DNA of 64,000 nucleotides from Octopus vulgaris (GCA_951406725.2 OX597820.1:97836001-97900000); one strand, 5' to 3'; counted from the stretch's first letter, positions 1-13,494 are shown. Notes: generated by a model from the sequence alone, not told the origin. Program-made: numbers and translations.

Positions 1-31
1 AATAATGATGATGATGATGATGATGATGATG

Positions 32-99
<68 letters not shown>

Positions 100-123
100 A
101 TAATAATAATCATAATAATAATA

Positions 124-437
124 AAACTCTCAAAATACAAAGACCTGGAAATAGAGGTAACTAGAATGTGGAATCTGAAAACAAACAATTCCTATCATAG
201 TAGGTGCATTAGGCATGATAAAAAAATATTCAGACAAATACATAACAAAAACACCTGGACTTACAAACACATATAACATACAGAAAATTGCACTACTAGG
301 CACTGCACGCATCCTACGCAGAACACTTTCCATACAATAACCATCAGAGCATCACAACAAATCACAGCACATACCCAAGGCACACAGAGCTGCGCTCGGT
401 AGTGAAGTGAAAGCACGCTATAAAAATAAAACTACTG
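124..437 (+). mobile_element. 5'-truncated Dong/R4-clade non-LTR retrotransposon 3' end (restriction-like endonuclease C-terminus plus 3' UTR) in an (AAT)n tract
   Basis: Translates across one frameshift as LSKYKDLEIEVTRMWNLKT/IPIIVGALGMIKKYSDKYITKTPGLTNTYNIQKIALLGTARILRRTLSIQ*, stop at 338-340. This matches the KxxKY...GALG...LGT RLE C-terminus of R4/Dong elements. Both flanks are AAT repeats, the known Dong target. Confidence 0.85.
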
Positions 438-560
438 AATAATAATAATAATAATAATAACGATAATAATGATAATTATAATGATGTTGATGATGATGAT
501 GATGATAATAATATTAACAACAACAACAATAGTAATAATACTAATAATAACGATAATAAT

Positions 561-1054
561 GTCCTGATGCAGTACCAGGCAGTGTCTTTCATGGCTTCTG
601 ATCTTAACTGATTAGAAGTGTTATCATGTACGTTGTTTTGTCTTGGGCTACAGCAAATATTCTGCTCAGTACCACAGATTTGCTTGTTAGTTGTTTGACC
701 TTAACCAGTTGAGTAGAAGTAGTAGGGGAGCATCATTGCCATGTGTTAAGAGGAATTCTTTGAGGTTTGGATAATTCTCCTTTGGGAACATGGGTGTTTC
801 GTTTATCATCCTTAAACAAACCTTATTCAGGGACTTTTTGAGCAGGTTGGGCAACTCGACCTGAAGAAAATTCTAACTGGGCCCCCACCTACAAGGTCAT
901 GCAGTGTTTATCTTGATATGAGATCACCATGTCACGCACATATGGTTGTGATGCATGTGCCTGGTGTACCCTTATCAGACAGGTAGTCTTGATGGGTATA
1001 CTGGGCTTCATATATTTTACCTCAATGTCACTTTGATGGCATGCACTGCTCACT

Positions 1055-1055
<1 letters not shown>
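561..1055 (+). mobile_element. Non-coding ~500 bp interspersed repeat (family E), trinucleotide-microsatellite associated
   Basis: Homologous copies at 17690-18125 (-), 24766-24878 (+) and 49762-50735 (-). They share a fixed end (gtcactttgatggcatgcactgctc(tc)actc) that abuts a trinucleotide repeat. Confidence 0.75.
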
Positions 1056-1085
<30 letters not shown>

Positions 1086-1088
1086 AAC

Positions 1089-1152
<64 letters not shown>

Positions 1153-2048
1153 GTTGAAGGCAGGAGCTATTACATATGCAATCAACTTGTTTCGTATGGT
1201 CATCAAATATTCCTCAAATATTCAAAGGAAAAAAAAAACGGAATAAGAAGGACACATTTAATGGTGTAATCTCTGCGATATACCCAGCCTGAACAAAAAA
1301 ATAGCAAAAGATTAATAATAGACACAGCTTGACAAAGTTTTCAACAAGAACAATAACGGCAGCATAAAATATGAACCAAAATGAATGCAACAGATATCAT
1401 AAAAAATTACGATACAATTACGTTAAAATGAAATCTACCGTCCCTCTTGTTTATTGTCCCTCGTTTATTCCATACTTCTCACAATGCCTTCATATTTACT
1501 CTCTTTCTCTTGTCTTCTACCTTACTCTCCATAGCTCCCCTTCACTCAATTTCTCATAATAATCCTTTAATATGTTGTCAAGTGAGAGTTATTGATACTA
1601 TTGGTCTCTACACTTTAATGTAAAGAAATAAAATCATATAATAAATGTTGACAGTTACATTTGAATAAAATAATCGGAGCAAACAAGATAAAAAATAAAT
1701 CCAGCTTAAAGTTTTGTATATTAGTTGTAGGTTTAGTTGCTTGTACTATTTTGTAGGTGTGTTCGATACTGTCTTTCAGTGTGGTGACCTCACCACTATC
1801 TCGACCTGTGTCAGATTCAATTTTTAGAAGTCTGACCAACATCCGGTTACTACCACTCCGTGTTTATTGTCTTCCGTTCATCCCCTCTCTCACATCCAGC
1901 TTTCATATACTAGTAAATCTCTTCTTTGCGACACTATATATTGTCCACTCCTCCTTCTCTGCCTTCAGTGAGACAAACAACACCCACTTTCCGTCCACTT
2001 CGTTAAAGAGAGAAAGGCCAGTCCAAAGAGATAAAGACCAGTCCAAAA

Positions 2049-2423
2049 GGCGGTGAGCTGGCAGAAACCTTAGCACGCCGGGCGAAATGCTTACCAATAT
2101 TTCGTCTGCCTCTACGTTCTGAGTTCAAATTCCGCCGAGGTCGACTTTGCCTTTCATCCTTTCGGGGTCGATAAATAAAGTACCAGTTACGCACTGGGGT
2201 CGATTTAATCGACTTAATCCGTTTGTCTATCCTTGTTTGTCCCCTCTGTGTTTAGCCCCTTGTGCGTTGTAAAGAAATAGGTATTTAAGGCGGCGAGCTG
2301 GCAGAATCGTTAGCTCGCCGGGCGAAATGCTTAGCAGTATTTCGGGCGAAATGCTTAGCAGTATTTCGCCTGCCCCTATGGTCCCCTCTCTGTGTAGCCC
2401 CTTGTGAGCAGTCAAGAAATAAG
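2049..2423 (+). mobile_element. tRNA-derived SINE family A, head-to-tail dimer (second unit internally deleted)
   Basis: Head ggcggcgagctggcagaa, B-box-like gagttcaaattcc, and central gcctttcatcctttcggggtcgataaa..gtaccag resembling the Meta/MESC SINE domain. A 15-bp direct repeat aaagaccagtccaaa lies at 2033-2047 and 2424-2438. Confidence 0.85.
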
Positions 2424-3137
2424 AAAGACCAGTCCAAAGGCTGTGTTTTTGTCGATTCTCTAATAATAATAATAAGCCAAATCATCATCTTTCTATAGTC
2501 TCTGGTCAAGGATCCTGATCAACAACATTTTCCTCTCTCTCTCTACTCTTTTTTAAAAAATTTTCTCTCAGCTCTGGCAAAGAAGTTCGGTTAACTATAT
2601 TTTCACATTACTCTCCAATGAAGAGCGAGAGCACATAGTGCTTGGTCTTTTTACCCCCCACTGCAATCTAACTTAACGATATTGTACAAGCCCGCCTTTA
2701 GATTGTTGCTGATGTTGTACATCATAAATTACCCTATATACTTTATCACTTCACAACTCACGTGCATGCGCGCGCACACACACGCACAAACAAACACACA
2801 CTCACACACATTCACGCACACACAAAAACGCACACACGCACGCATGAATATAAATTCAGGAGTTGTGACAGGTGAATATATAGTTATCTATTTAAGCGCG
2901 TGCCTTACATAGGATTAGATCCATTTTGCAATCTTCTTTATGTCGTATTAATTTTCCTATGGAAGAAATTATTCATACAGATTTGTAATAATATACAATA
3001 ATATTGTATATTCACAAATTAATGCAAATGAAAACAGCCAGTTCATCATATCCCCGGAACATCATGGATAGACCAACGCTTCAACTCATTAGTTATGAAT
3101 ATATATACTATTTTCTTGAAGCCATTATTATAACAAT

Positions 3138-3175
3138 TGTCTGATGAACGATGACGTGAAACACAGACTAAGAGT
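3138..3175 (+). ncRNA. Decayed minimal hammerhead ribozyme motif in a PLE pLTR-like fragment (~2910-3280)
   Basis: tgt CTGATGA acg-atga-cgt GAAAC acagacta. Stem III and the cleavage site are eroded. Similar to the 6221-6258 motif and followed by aataaa. Confidence 0.5.
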
Positions 3176-3719
3176 TAGCAAAGTTTTTTCTGCTTCAATA
3201 AAATAGTATTAGAGTCTAGCTTTGGTATTCAAGTACCATTTTTCTCCTACCTTGTTTCGCAACCGTGTGCTCACGTGTGTCTATCTATCTATATATCTAT
3301 CTATTTATCTATCTATCTTTTTTTTTTTTTAAATTTTATTCCCCCCTTTTTTGTCCTCTTTCTTTCCCTTTACGATCCCTTTTGATCGAAAACCAAACCT
3401 TTTTTTACCCCCAAAAGAAAAGCCCTACCTTGTAATTTGTCCTGTCTGTGTGCAGCCTGTGTGGCTAATAAAGAAACATATCTATCTTTCTGAATGTCTA
3501 TATATCTGCTTGTCTGTCTGTTTGTCTTCATGTATGTATGTATGTATGTATGTATGTATGTATGTATGTATACATGTGTGTGTGTGTGTGTGTGTGTATT
3601 TTTTTTGTTTCAGTTGCGACCGTGCTGGGTTAGCGGCTTCAAGAATTTTAGGTGAGCGAATCGACCTCTGTACTTATTTTAACGGTCTGTTTTGCCGAAC
3701 AGCCAAGATTACAGGGACA

Positions 3720-4059
3720 AGAGTGGCTGTGTGATAAGTAGCTTGCTTACGAACCACATGGTTCCGGGTTCAGTCCCGCTGCATGGCACCTTGGGTAAGT
3801 GTTTCTGGGGCCGACCAAAGTTGTGTGAGTGGATTTGGTAGACGGAAACTGAAAGAAGCCCGTCGTATATATATATATAAATACAAAATGGGACTAGAAC
3901 GCAACATCCAGACAGTTAAGTAATACAAAAAAGGGACAACAAAACCTCGAAATAGACGATAAAAAGAAAAAAAGGAAGGGTCATTCGAAGTTTTCTTTCC
4001 TAAATCGAGTTCCAGATTATCTTTGCAATTTCGGGTGGTCTGTGTGTCTGTGTGATTGT

Positions 4060-4091
<32 letters not shown>

Positions 4092-4305
4092 ACGTGTGTG
4101 TCTGTATTTGCCCCCACAACATCACTTGACAACCGATGTTGGTGTGTTTACGTCCGCGTTGTTAGATGTTCGGCAAAAAGAGACCGATAGAATAAGTACC
4201 AGGCTTACAAAGAATAAGTCCTGGGGGTCGATTTGTTCGATTAAAGGCAGTGCCCCAGCATGGCCGCAATCAAATGACTGAAACAAATAACAGACTAAAG
4301 AATAA
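3720..4305 (+). mobile_element. tRNA-derived SINE family B (CORE-like), interrupted at ~3880-4040 by an unrelated insert in its internal (TA)n
   Basis: gagtggctgtgtg..agtagcttgct..ggttccgggttcagtccc head, accttgggYaagtgt segment and ccagcatggccgca..aaatgactgaaacaa tail, matching the 18238-18645 copy. Confidence 0.8.
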
Positions 4306-4451
4306 AAGAATACCAACACCGGTCGACAAATCGTGGTCGGACACACAGACAGACAGACACGTGCGCATATATATATTTCAGTGAAACTTACATGGAGCAG
4401 GTTGTGCTTATGTGTTTGTCTACTAACAGCTGTTTGAATTATAAAGATATA

Positions 4452-4668
4452 TATTTCTTTATTGCCCACAAGGGGCTAAACATAGAGGGAACAAACAAAG
4501 GGACGAAGTCGATTACATCGACCATAATGCGAAACTGGTACTTTATTTATCGACCCCGAAAGGATGAAAGGCAAAGTCGACCTCGGCGGAATTTGAACTC
4601 AGAACATATTGACAGACGAAATACCGCTAAGCATTTCGCCCGGCGCGCTATCGCTTCTGCCAGCTCGC
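4452..4668 (-). mobile_element. SINE family A
   Basis: Reverse complement of the family A sequence at 2049. Confidence 0.85.
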
Positions 4669-5086
4669 ATGGCTGCAAACGCTTCGAGCGCAAAAAATCC
4701 CTTGTTTTGAGGTTTAGACTTAAGTATCTTTGTTATGGATAGCATACATCCGGATGTGTTCCCTATTTGTAGGGAGGGAGAAAAGTAAAAAGCAGAAGGT
4801 GATTTTTTTTATTTAATAAATTACTTTATACTGTGTGTTGAGAAATAAATACTGACAAGGTTAAACTGGTTTGTATGTGTTTCTTCAATGAAATTTTCAC
4901 TGGTCTTACATTTAAAACAAAATTTGTATAATGTGTAATGAAGAATTATGGTGTTCAGTTAAAAATGTCAGACTGTGAAAGACAACCGTACTTATTCACA
5001 CACTCACACAAGTAAGCGTACTCACATATACATATCTACATCTATGTTTGTGTTTGTATGCATATATGTATATGTATATGTATATT

Positions 5087-5126
<40 letters not shown>

Positions 5127-5325
5127 AAATAATATATAAACATATGCATATATACATACATATATGTACATATATGTAACTACATCTATATGTATATATA
5201 CATGCATATATGGGTACAGGATACCGTGTGTGTGTATATATATACATATACACACATATGTGTGTTTGTGTGTATATGTATTATATTATATATAAGTATA
5301 TATTTAAATATATATGTATATATAT

Positions 5326-5727
5326 TTCATTTCTAAATCTCTTAGAGAGATTTATACAGTAGCAGCACGATTAAGTGGTGGTATGTTGTCAGCCTAATGT
5401 GACAGTCCCATGAAAGGGAAGAGTGCTGCTGCTATTTAGCCCTAGGAAACACCGTTTCCTGTTGGCCATGACACATTTTCTGTGTCCTTATGTTTTCAAA
5501 GGGGGAGACAAGCATCTCCCCCCATCATCCATTAAGGCACCATCCAGAAACTAGTTTCAGATGATGAGCAATGACACTGAAACTAGTCTCTGGTTGCTGG
5601 CTTTGCTGGGTGGAAGTGCTTATCTCCCCCTTTGAAAACATAAGGATGCAGAAAATGTCTCATGACGAACAGGAAACGGTGTTTCCCACGGCTAATGTCA
5701 CATTCAGTTGACAACATACCATCACTA
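5326..5727. mobile_element. Fold-back element in (TA)n, probably PLE-derived
   Basis: Imperfect inverted arms ~5373-5560 and ~5577-5726. HHR-like caga-tgatga...GAAAC-ta-GTC-tctgg at the apex (5558-5593). The leader resembles that of the 62633 element. Confidence 0.65.
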
Positions 5728-5731
5728 TATG

Positions 5732-5780
<49 letters not shown>

Positions 5781-5811
5781 CCTTGTTTCTCTCCTTGTTT
5801 TTTTGTGTGTA

Positions 5812-5849
5812 TCTTTCTGTCGAAGAGCGTAGGCTCGAAACGTAAAAGA
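5812..5849 (+). ncRNA. Minimal hammerhead-like motif with variant core CUGUCGA, in a (TA)n-embedded element (5781-5947)
   Basis: tcttt CTGTCGA a gagc-gtag-gctc GAAAC GTA aaaga. Stem I (tcttt/aaaga) and stem II are intact. Second copy at 28255-28292. Confidence 0.6.
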
Positions 5850-5945
5850 CTTTTTCTTTTTTTTTTCCTGAGCGCTATACTAATACATTTGTTTGTTTGT
5901 ACTCCACCTGCCTTCGTCTTTTGTTTATTTTCGTAAACTTTCCCG

Positions 5946-6441
<496 letters not shown>

Positions 6442-6661
6442 CATGCGTATATATATATATATATATATATCATCCGAAACTCCAAAAAATTGTCACATAT
6501 TATATATATATATATATATATATATCAGCATATATGTATATGCATATATACCTATGCATGTCTGACTTCCATGTGGGGGTGTTATGTTATCAAGGAATTT
6601 CAAATCTACCCAACTATCCGCATTTATACATGTACATGTGTTCAAGTATTTATATGTATAG

Positions 6662-6706
<45 letters not shown>

Positions 6707-8699
6707 TGTGTGCATGAGGAAATGGGGTCTTGGGCACCTTCATTTTCATTTCCGGACGAGGGAGTCGAAGGAAATGGCTAAGTAGGGGATATTTGTAAAA
6801 AAATATAGGGCACTTCTTAGATTTAAAAAAGAAAATTTCAATATGTCAGCGGGGATGTCTGTTTTAACTCTGTTTTATAATTCCTCTTTTTGGAGCTCTC
6901 TCTCTCTCTCTATTTCTCTATCTACCTCTATATGCTTCTTTCTATTAATCTTTCTATTTTTTATCACCATCTATACATGTCTTTTCATCAATCTGTCTGT
7001 TTCCTCAACTCTCTCTCTAGATTATTCGAAATAAAAGACAGCCATAATATTTAACTAATTGCAGACATATGTAATTTCCTCTCTACACGTATATTTTTTC
7101 GTTCTTCAAATTTTTAGTGTAAATTCTAGAATATTTCAAAAACAGACAACAAAAATGATGAAAATCTCAAAAATACATTCCTATAGCATGCAAACGTTTG
7201 CAAGTTTCTTGAAAAAAAAAAAAATCAATAATAAAGGGCGATAACCCTCTCTGGAAATGTAGAGTTCGCGTTTTATCAGTAGTAAAGTCATATTTGAATA
7301 GCAAATTTTTCCCCCACAACTAATTTTTCGATTTTCACTTAAATGAAGCCTCCTGAAGTCGTTGCTGGTTTATGCATGCTGGTAGTAGCCTCTCTGCTTC
7401 TTATGCTCAGTTGCGGGTCGACTAGGGAACTTTGATGGTCAGACGGTTAGCTGTGGCTATCAGCATCTAGGCAGAATTTGAACTCAGAATGTAAAGACAT
7501 GGTCGTGATAAAATACTGCAATGCATTTCGTCAGAGCTTTGACTATTCCTCCAAACCAGCAACTTTCACATGCACTTTCGTTATCGGCATCAAAAACGCG
7601 AAGGAGAAAGCTGAACACCGCACAACTCCAAATTCAGTTCCTATACATTGGTCATTATATCCGAATAAGATATTTTATTTCCAGGAATTCGGTTACCATC
7701 TACGAGTAATTAGACCTCCGACAAATAGACCAAATCTCAGTTGGATCCTTATTTTATGTTAAGTGAAATTCATTATATATCATCTCATATTGGTTATTTT
7801 TAATTATCGATCTATGATTGTGTGGCTAAAACATTCGCGTCGCAGCTTCATACTTTCGGGTACTATTTCGCTGCGAAGCATCTTACACAAGTCTCTTCTT
7901 TTGAAGCCTCGATTGACCACTGCTTTGTGGAGAAAATTTGGTTGCCGTAAGTAGTTTGGAAGATCCCCAGGAGTAACCGATTCTGAAGGTCTCACATTTA
8001 ATCTGTTCCCCAGGTTTAAACACCGTAACCTAACCCTTGAAAAGCTCTGTTGCAAGCAATCGAACAAAGTTTCAGAATAACTCCACATCTTCTTTTTACC
8101 TTACTCGGAGGCCCTAAACAGGGTGAGAGGTGTTGTCTACTTTTATTTCTAAATTGTGTAAAAATTACACTTTCCACTGTGTACTTGTGGACTTTCCTTT
8201 CCTAAGGACGTAGTGTGTAATCTGAGAGATTTGGTTGCTATTTCTAGCAGATCTAGTGACTACGTAGAGACTCCCTCATCAAATCAGTAAAGTTGTTATG
8301 CCAAATGCTGCCCTAATGGAAGCACGACTATCATGAATACACTAGCTGCCTTTCCGTCAGACAGACATTTATTTCATCTAGTGGCAAAATGGTTTCTTGC
8401 GAATAACGACATTTCTAGGTTTACAAAGTAATTTCTCGAATGTAGAATAGTCTAGTCAATGGTGATATTAGTGCGCTAAGTACGTCTTATTTAAGAGAGT
8501 TAAGGAAGGAAATTTTATAAGGTCGGAAGGATAGCTAAAAATAACAGCTATATCTCTCTCAGATCATACCTTACAGGATAAAAAGAGGAAAGGCGCATTA
8601 GATAGCGTGAACACACTGGTTACAGCTGGAACGCCTTTAAGCAGCGCTCTACTCAACCAGGGTTAACTTAGAAGTGTATAACAACCATAACTACAGTAA

Positions 8700-9005
8700 C
8701 TATGTTACCACCACCACCACCATCATCACCACAACCAACAACAACAACAGTAAGACTACATTTACTACTACTACTACTGCCACCACCACCACCACCACCA
8801 CCACAACCACCACCATCAACACCATCACCACCACCACCACCACCACCACACCACAACCACCACCACCACAACCACCACCACCACCACCACCACCACCACC
8901 ACATCACAATCACCACCACCACAACCACCACCACAACCACCACCACAACCACCACCACCACCACCACACACCACAACCACCACCACCACAACCACCACAA
9001 CCACC

Positions 9006-9076
<71 letters not shown>

Positions 9077-9078
9077 AA
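8700..9078. repeat. (ACC)n/(ACT)n compound trinucleotide microsatellite
   Basis: Direct reading. Confidence 0.95.
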
Positions 9079-9576
9079 CTACTGCTTAAATGACGCTTTC
9101 GTATTTTCCAGATGAATAAGTTAACTCCTTCTTATGAATTGATTCCTTTAAATTTATTTTACTGAAATAGTACTCTCACAGATTTCCAAATGAAGTTGTT
9201 GTACTCTTTATTGGATTTTTTTATGGCGTTATTGCCTTTAGAATACAACACCGTTAAACTGAAAATAAAAGACAAATAAAAAAAGACATTCTTTAGTTTT
9301 TCATTTGGCCCAGTAAAAATGAGCGAGAAGAAAAAAAAAAAAAAGAAACAGTTTAAAAAATCAAAATCAAAAAGAAAACAAGTAGGTAACCAAAAATAGA
9401 AAACAAAAAAAAACAACAAACAAATGTGAAAGAAATGAATGCGAATAAAATATAAGTGGGTTTTTAGATCTAGAACGTTCTGTCTGTGCTGAACTTAACA
9501 TTTTGCATTTCGCCTTGAAAACTGTCACCAAAGTGTGACATATATTACCTGTAGTTTAATCTGCATGCATAGATTT

Positions 9577-9636
<60 letters not shown>

Positions 9637-10521
9637 TCTCAAAAGACTACAAAACAAAACAAAAACAAAACTAAACATTTATTTTTATAAAGCCATTTCA
9701 TAAATAGCTACATTTTAACCATCCATTTGAAGTTAATGGACTCTAGCTGGTGCCGTCTGTAACAAATGGTCGCCAAAATAGCGCTAAAACATGCGTCAAA
9801 GTGTTTTACTAAGAGCGGTTATGGATTATGAAATAATTTGTTTTATAAAGAAACTGTTCGGTTTTCTTTTTAGCGAAACTATAATCCCGACGCTTGCATT
9901 CCCCATTTTGTCTCTCTCGCTTTCTCTCTATTCCCCCCTTTCCCTCTCTCTCTATCCCTCCTTCTTTCTCTCTCTTTTCTCCCTCTTTCCTTCTCCTTTC
10001 CTATCTCTCTTTCTGAAAGAAACATGCAATGGCTAAGTGCGTTATACAGCTGTCTAATTCCTCTCGCTACATTGTCTTATTTTCATGTCCCGAAATGATA
10101 TTTAGCGTATTATACATCGAGACCTATATAAAAATACCTCATTCTGCTAATATCTATAGACATATTATGGTAAAATCATTTGATATGTAATATATTTCAG
10201 ATCAATAATCAGGAAGAAACAATCGAATTAATAATAATTGTTTGTAATTAACCATAAGATCAACTATTTGCGGGAGTGGGTAGCCGATTACGTCATTCTG
10301 AGTACTTGACAGTCATTTTATTTTATCATCCCTGAAAAGATGGCAGTAAAGTTGATCTCAGTGAAATATGAATCCAAGAAGAAAGAGGTGGAATATTGTA
10401 GAGTTTTGCCATGATGATTCGGTTTCTGACTGAAGATTGAAGGCTTCGAATGACTTGTCCGTTTTCTGTGTTCGTCCCTTCGTGTATTTCACGTTCTTTA
10501 TATATAAATTTTTATTATTCC

Positions 10522-10586
<65 letters not shown>

Positions 10587-10711
10587 TTATGTGTGTGTGT
10601 GTGTGTGTATACATATGTGTCTGTGTTAATGTGTTAATAGCGTTCAGTAAATCACTATACATATCCATCATTTTCTGTTAAAATGTCTTATTGACGAGTT
10701 TCATTTCTTCA

Positions 10712-10797
10712 CTTACCTGAAGAGAAGATTACATTGATTTACACTATCTATTCCTTTGGAATAATATCAGTGAAATCTTCGAAACATGTGTCGGAAG
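10712..10797 (+). ncRNA. Type-I hammerhead ribozyme motif with long stem II, in a pLTR-like element (~10680-11005)
   Basis: cttac CTGAAGA gaagatt...aatcttc GAAAC atgt GTC ggaag. Canonical core, 7-bp stem II extended by cattgat/atcagtg, and stem I with one mismatch. Confidence 0.75.
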
Positions 10798-11007
10798 TAA
10801 AAGTATTTGAATTATATATGCGTTAAACATTTATTTATTTATGAATTTTACAAAAAATTCCACGTAAGCCCCAAGTTTCTACCTCTACAAACAAAGAATT
10901 ACAACCTCTTTACTTGTGTGATTCTTTGCTACCCTCGTAACTATTTATCTATTTTTTCCGTGTTAATTGTTACCAAGGGAGAAATGCACTCATCTATTTA
11001 TATTACA

Positions 11008-11187
<180 letters not shown>

Positions 11188-11362
11188 TGTATATATTTCA
11201 ACACTAACGCAGGGGTTGGAGGACATTTTAAAACAAATTACCCCAAAATATATTTCAGGGACGTTTGGCCTCGTGACTGGTACGAACTGATTAGATTTTG
11301 GAATCGATCCGCTACTGGACAAAGATTCTGGATTATTTGTTATATTTACTTTACAAGAAGTA

Positions 11363-13020
11363 CTAGCAGAGTTACCCGGCGTTGCCCGAGTTACATACAA
11401 TTGAAGAATTATACTTTTCTGTTATATTTTCTGTAATGAACTGGAATACCCATGTTTCGAATTTCAAAATTGTTTCAAAATTGCAGATGAGGGTTATTTC
11501 CCTCTTTACACACCCAAACAAAATTGTAATCGTGCCACATGTATTCCATACTACTGATTTATATGCGCAAATTCCAAAATTCCAGTCTTATAGAACCTGT
11601 TAAAAGGATTTTGCTCCTGAAAAATGGAGGTCATGGAGCTCTAAAATGTGAGAGTTAACGCCCCTATTGGGGGTGGGCATTTTAATTTCAACCAGAGAAG
11701 TTGAATTGTTGAGAATCTTTTTAACTTGGGTCTTATATCTATTGTTTGGATTTCTTTGAAATAGGAAATATATGTTCACTGGGTTTGTAAAAGAGTGCAA
11801 AGCTACGGGAAACTAAAAGACGAATGGTCACAATAAGCAGTCAGCTACAGTACCCTAGTCGTTACCACTCCCAATGTAGTATTCCTCACCATGCAGGTGA
11901 CAGACACAGCCGTAAGATGCATTACGAATCTATAGCAATTGGAAAGGCGTGACCCAACTGAAATAAACATTAACAACTGTATGACGTGAGGGCTAAAGTT
12001 GGAGTTTGCAAATGACCACTATACTGATACGTAACTGGACAGAATAAATTTACAATCTATAAATGTCTTTGAATAACCAATCACTCATCTGGGAGGGCCT
12101 TGAAATCAATGTTACCATGTGGGGACTATGTGTGATCAGTGATCACAAAAAGACTGAAAGGAAATTTGCAATCAAATGACTCTACTCAACACTTTGCAAC
12201 TGAATCAGTGGAGGCAAATATTTACTTGACAGTTTATGCAGCACATTGCAGAAATCACAATCTAAGTGTATGTCAAAGCAAACTCTTACACTGTTGTACC
12301 ATAGAATTACAAATAATGCTCATCTTCTATGCTCGGATGACCCCACAGCTTCCAAGAGTACAACTATTCGCCTTTGCTTAGATAAAATGACAAAATTGTA
12401 GGTGTTAAGTCCCCACGAAGGGGTCTTTCTAACTTGTAAGAAGATGAAATTTTATAAATATTACTTTATTTGTATCTAATATCTATGGTTAAAATTTCAT
12501 CAACAGCAAAAATATATGAATTGTCATGGGGGTTGTGGCCCTTATGCATAGAATATAATTTCTAAATTTCGTAAAGATCCATTCAGCACTTTTGACTTAG
12601 TTTTGGATTATAAAAGAAATGACAAAATTTTGGGAGTTTAGGCCCCCATTAGGGTGTCTTAGAATCCTCATGTGAAGTGGAAACTTTAAGAATACTTCTT
12701 GATGTGTATCAACCCATGGTTGAAATTTCATCAACATCGAAAATTTATGAATTTTCATGGGGTGTTCTGCCCCCTTTAAGCCATCTGAAATTCAAACCAA
12801 ACATATTGCATTATAACCGCCCTTATGCATTGAATCTAAGTTTCAAATATCATAAGGATCCATTCAGTAATTTTGGTCCATGAAATTGTATGAAACACAC
12901 AGCATTACTCTTCTCCCTTCGATTTTGTGTTCCAAATTTCATTATGATCGGTGCAGCAGTTTTCGAATGTATAAGTAATACACGAACACATAAAGACATA
13001 GTCTTTGATATAATAAATAT
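11363..13020 (-). mobile_element. Non-autonomous Helitron-like element, ~1.65 kb
   Basis: Minus-strand 3' end is the hairpin ctcgggcaacgccggg followed by ...ctgCTAG|T, homologous to the end of the 16665 element. It has recurrent aaatttcat/aagatccattcag internal repeats. The 5' boundary is approximate. Confidence 0.6.
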
Positions 13021-13034
13021 GAATGTACACATAT

Positions 13035-13171
<137 letters not shown>

Positions 13172-13494
13172 TGTACACACAAAGATCAATTGATAGATAC
13201 AACTGAGTGGGCAAACAAAATTATGAGACACAGCGTAGTGCTTTTTTTATGTTGATAAGCCTGGTACTTATTCTATTAGTTTTTTCTTGTGAAACCAGTA
13301 AGTTGTGGGGATGTGAATAAACGAACAGCAGTTGTGAAGCAGTGATGAGGGTGAAACATAGAAACAATGTCACACATATACACTTAAATATATACATACA
13401 TATATATACGATTGATTTCTTTAAGTTTGTGTCTACGAAACCCATGTATATATATATGTATGTATATATATATATATATATATATACATTTATA

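Noticed and set aside
7763-8088. 94-aa ORF in non-repetitive-looking sequence
   Set aside because: No recognisable domain in the frames I checked, so it cannot be supported as an exon.
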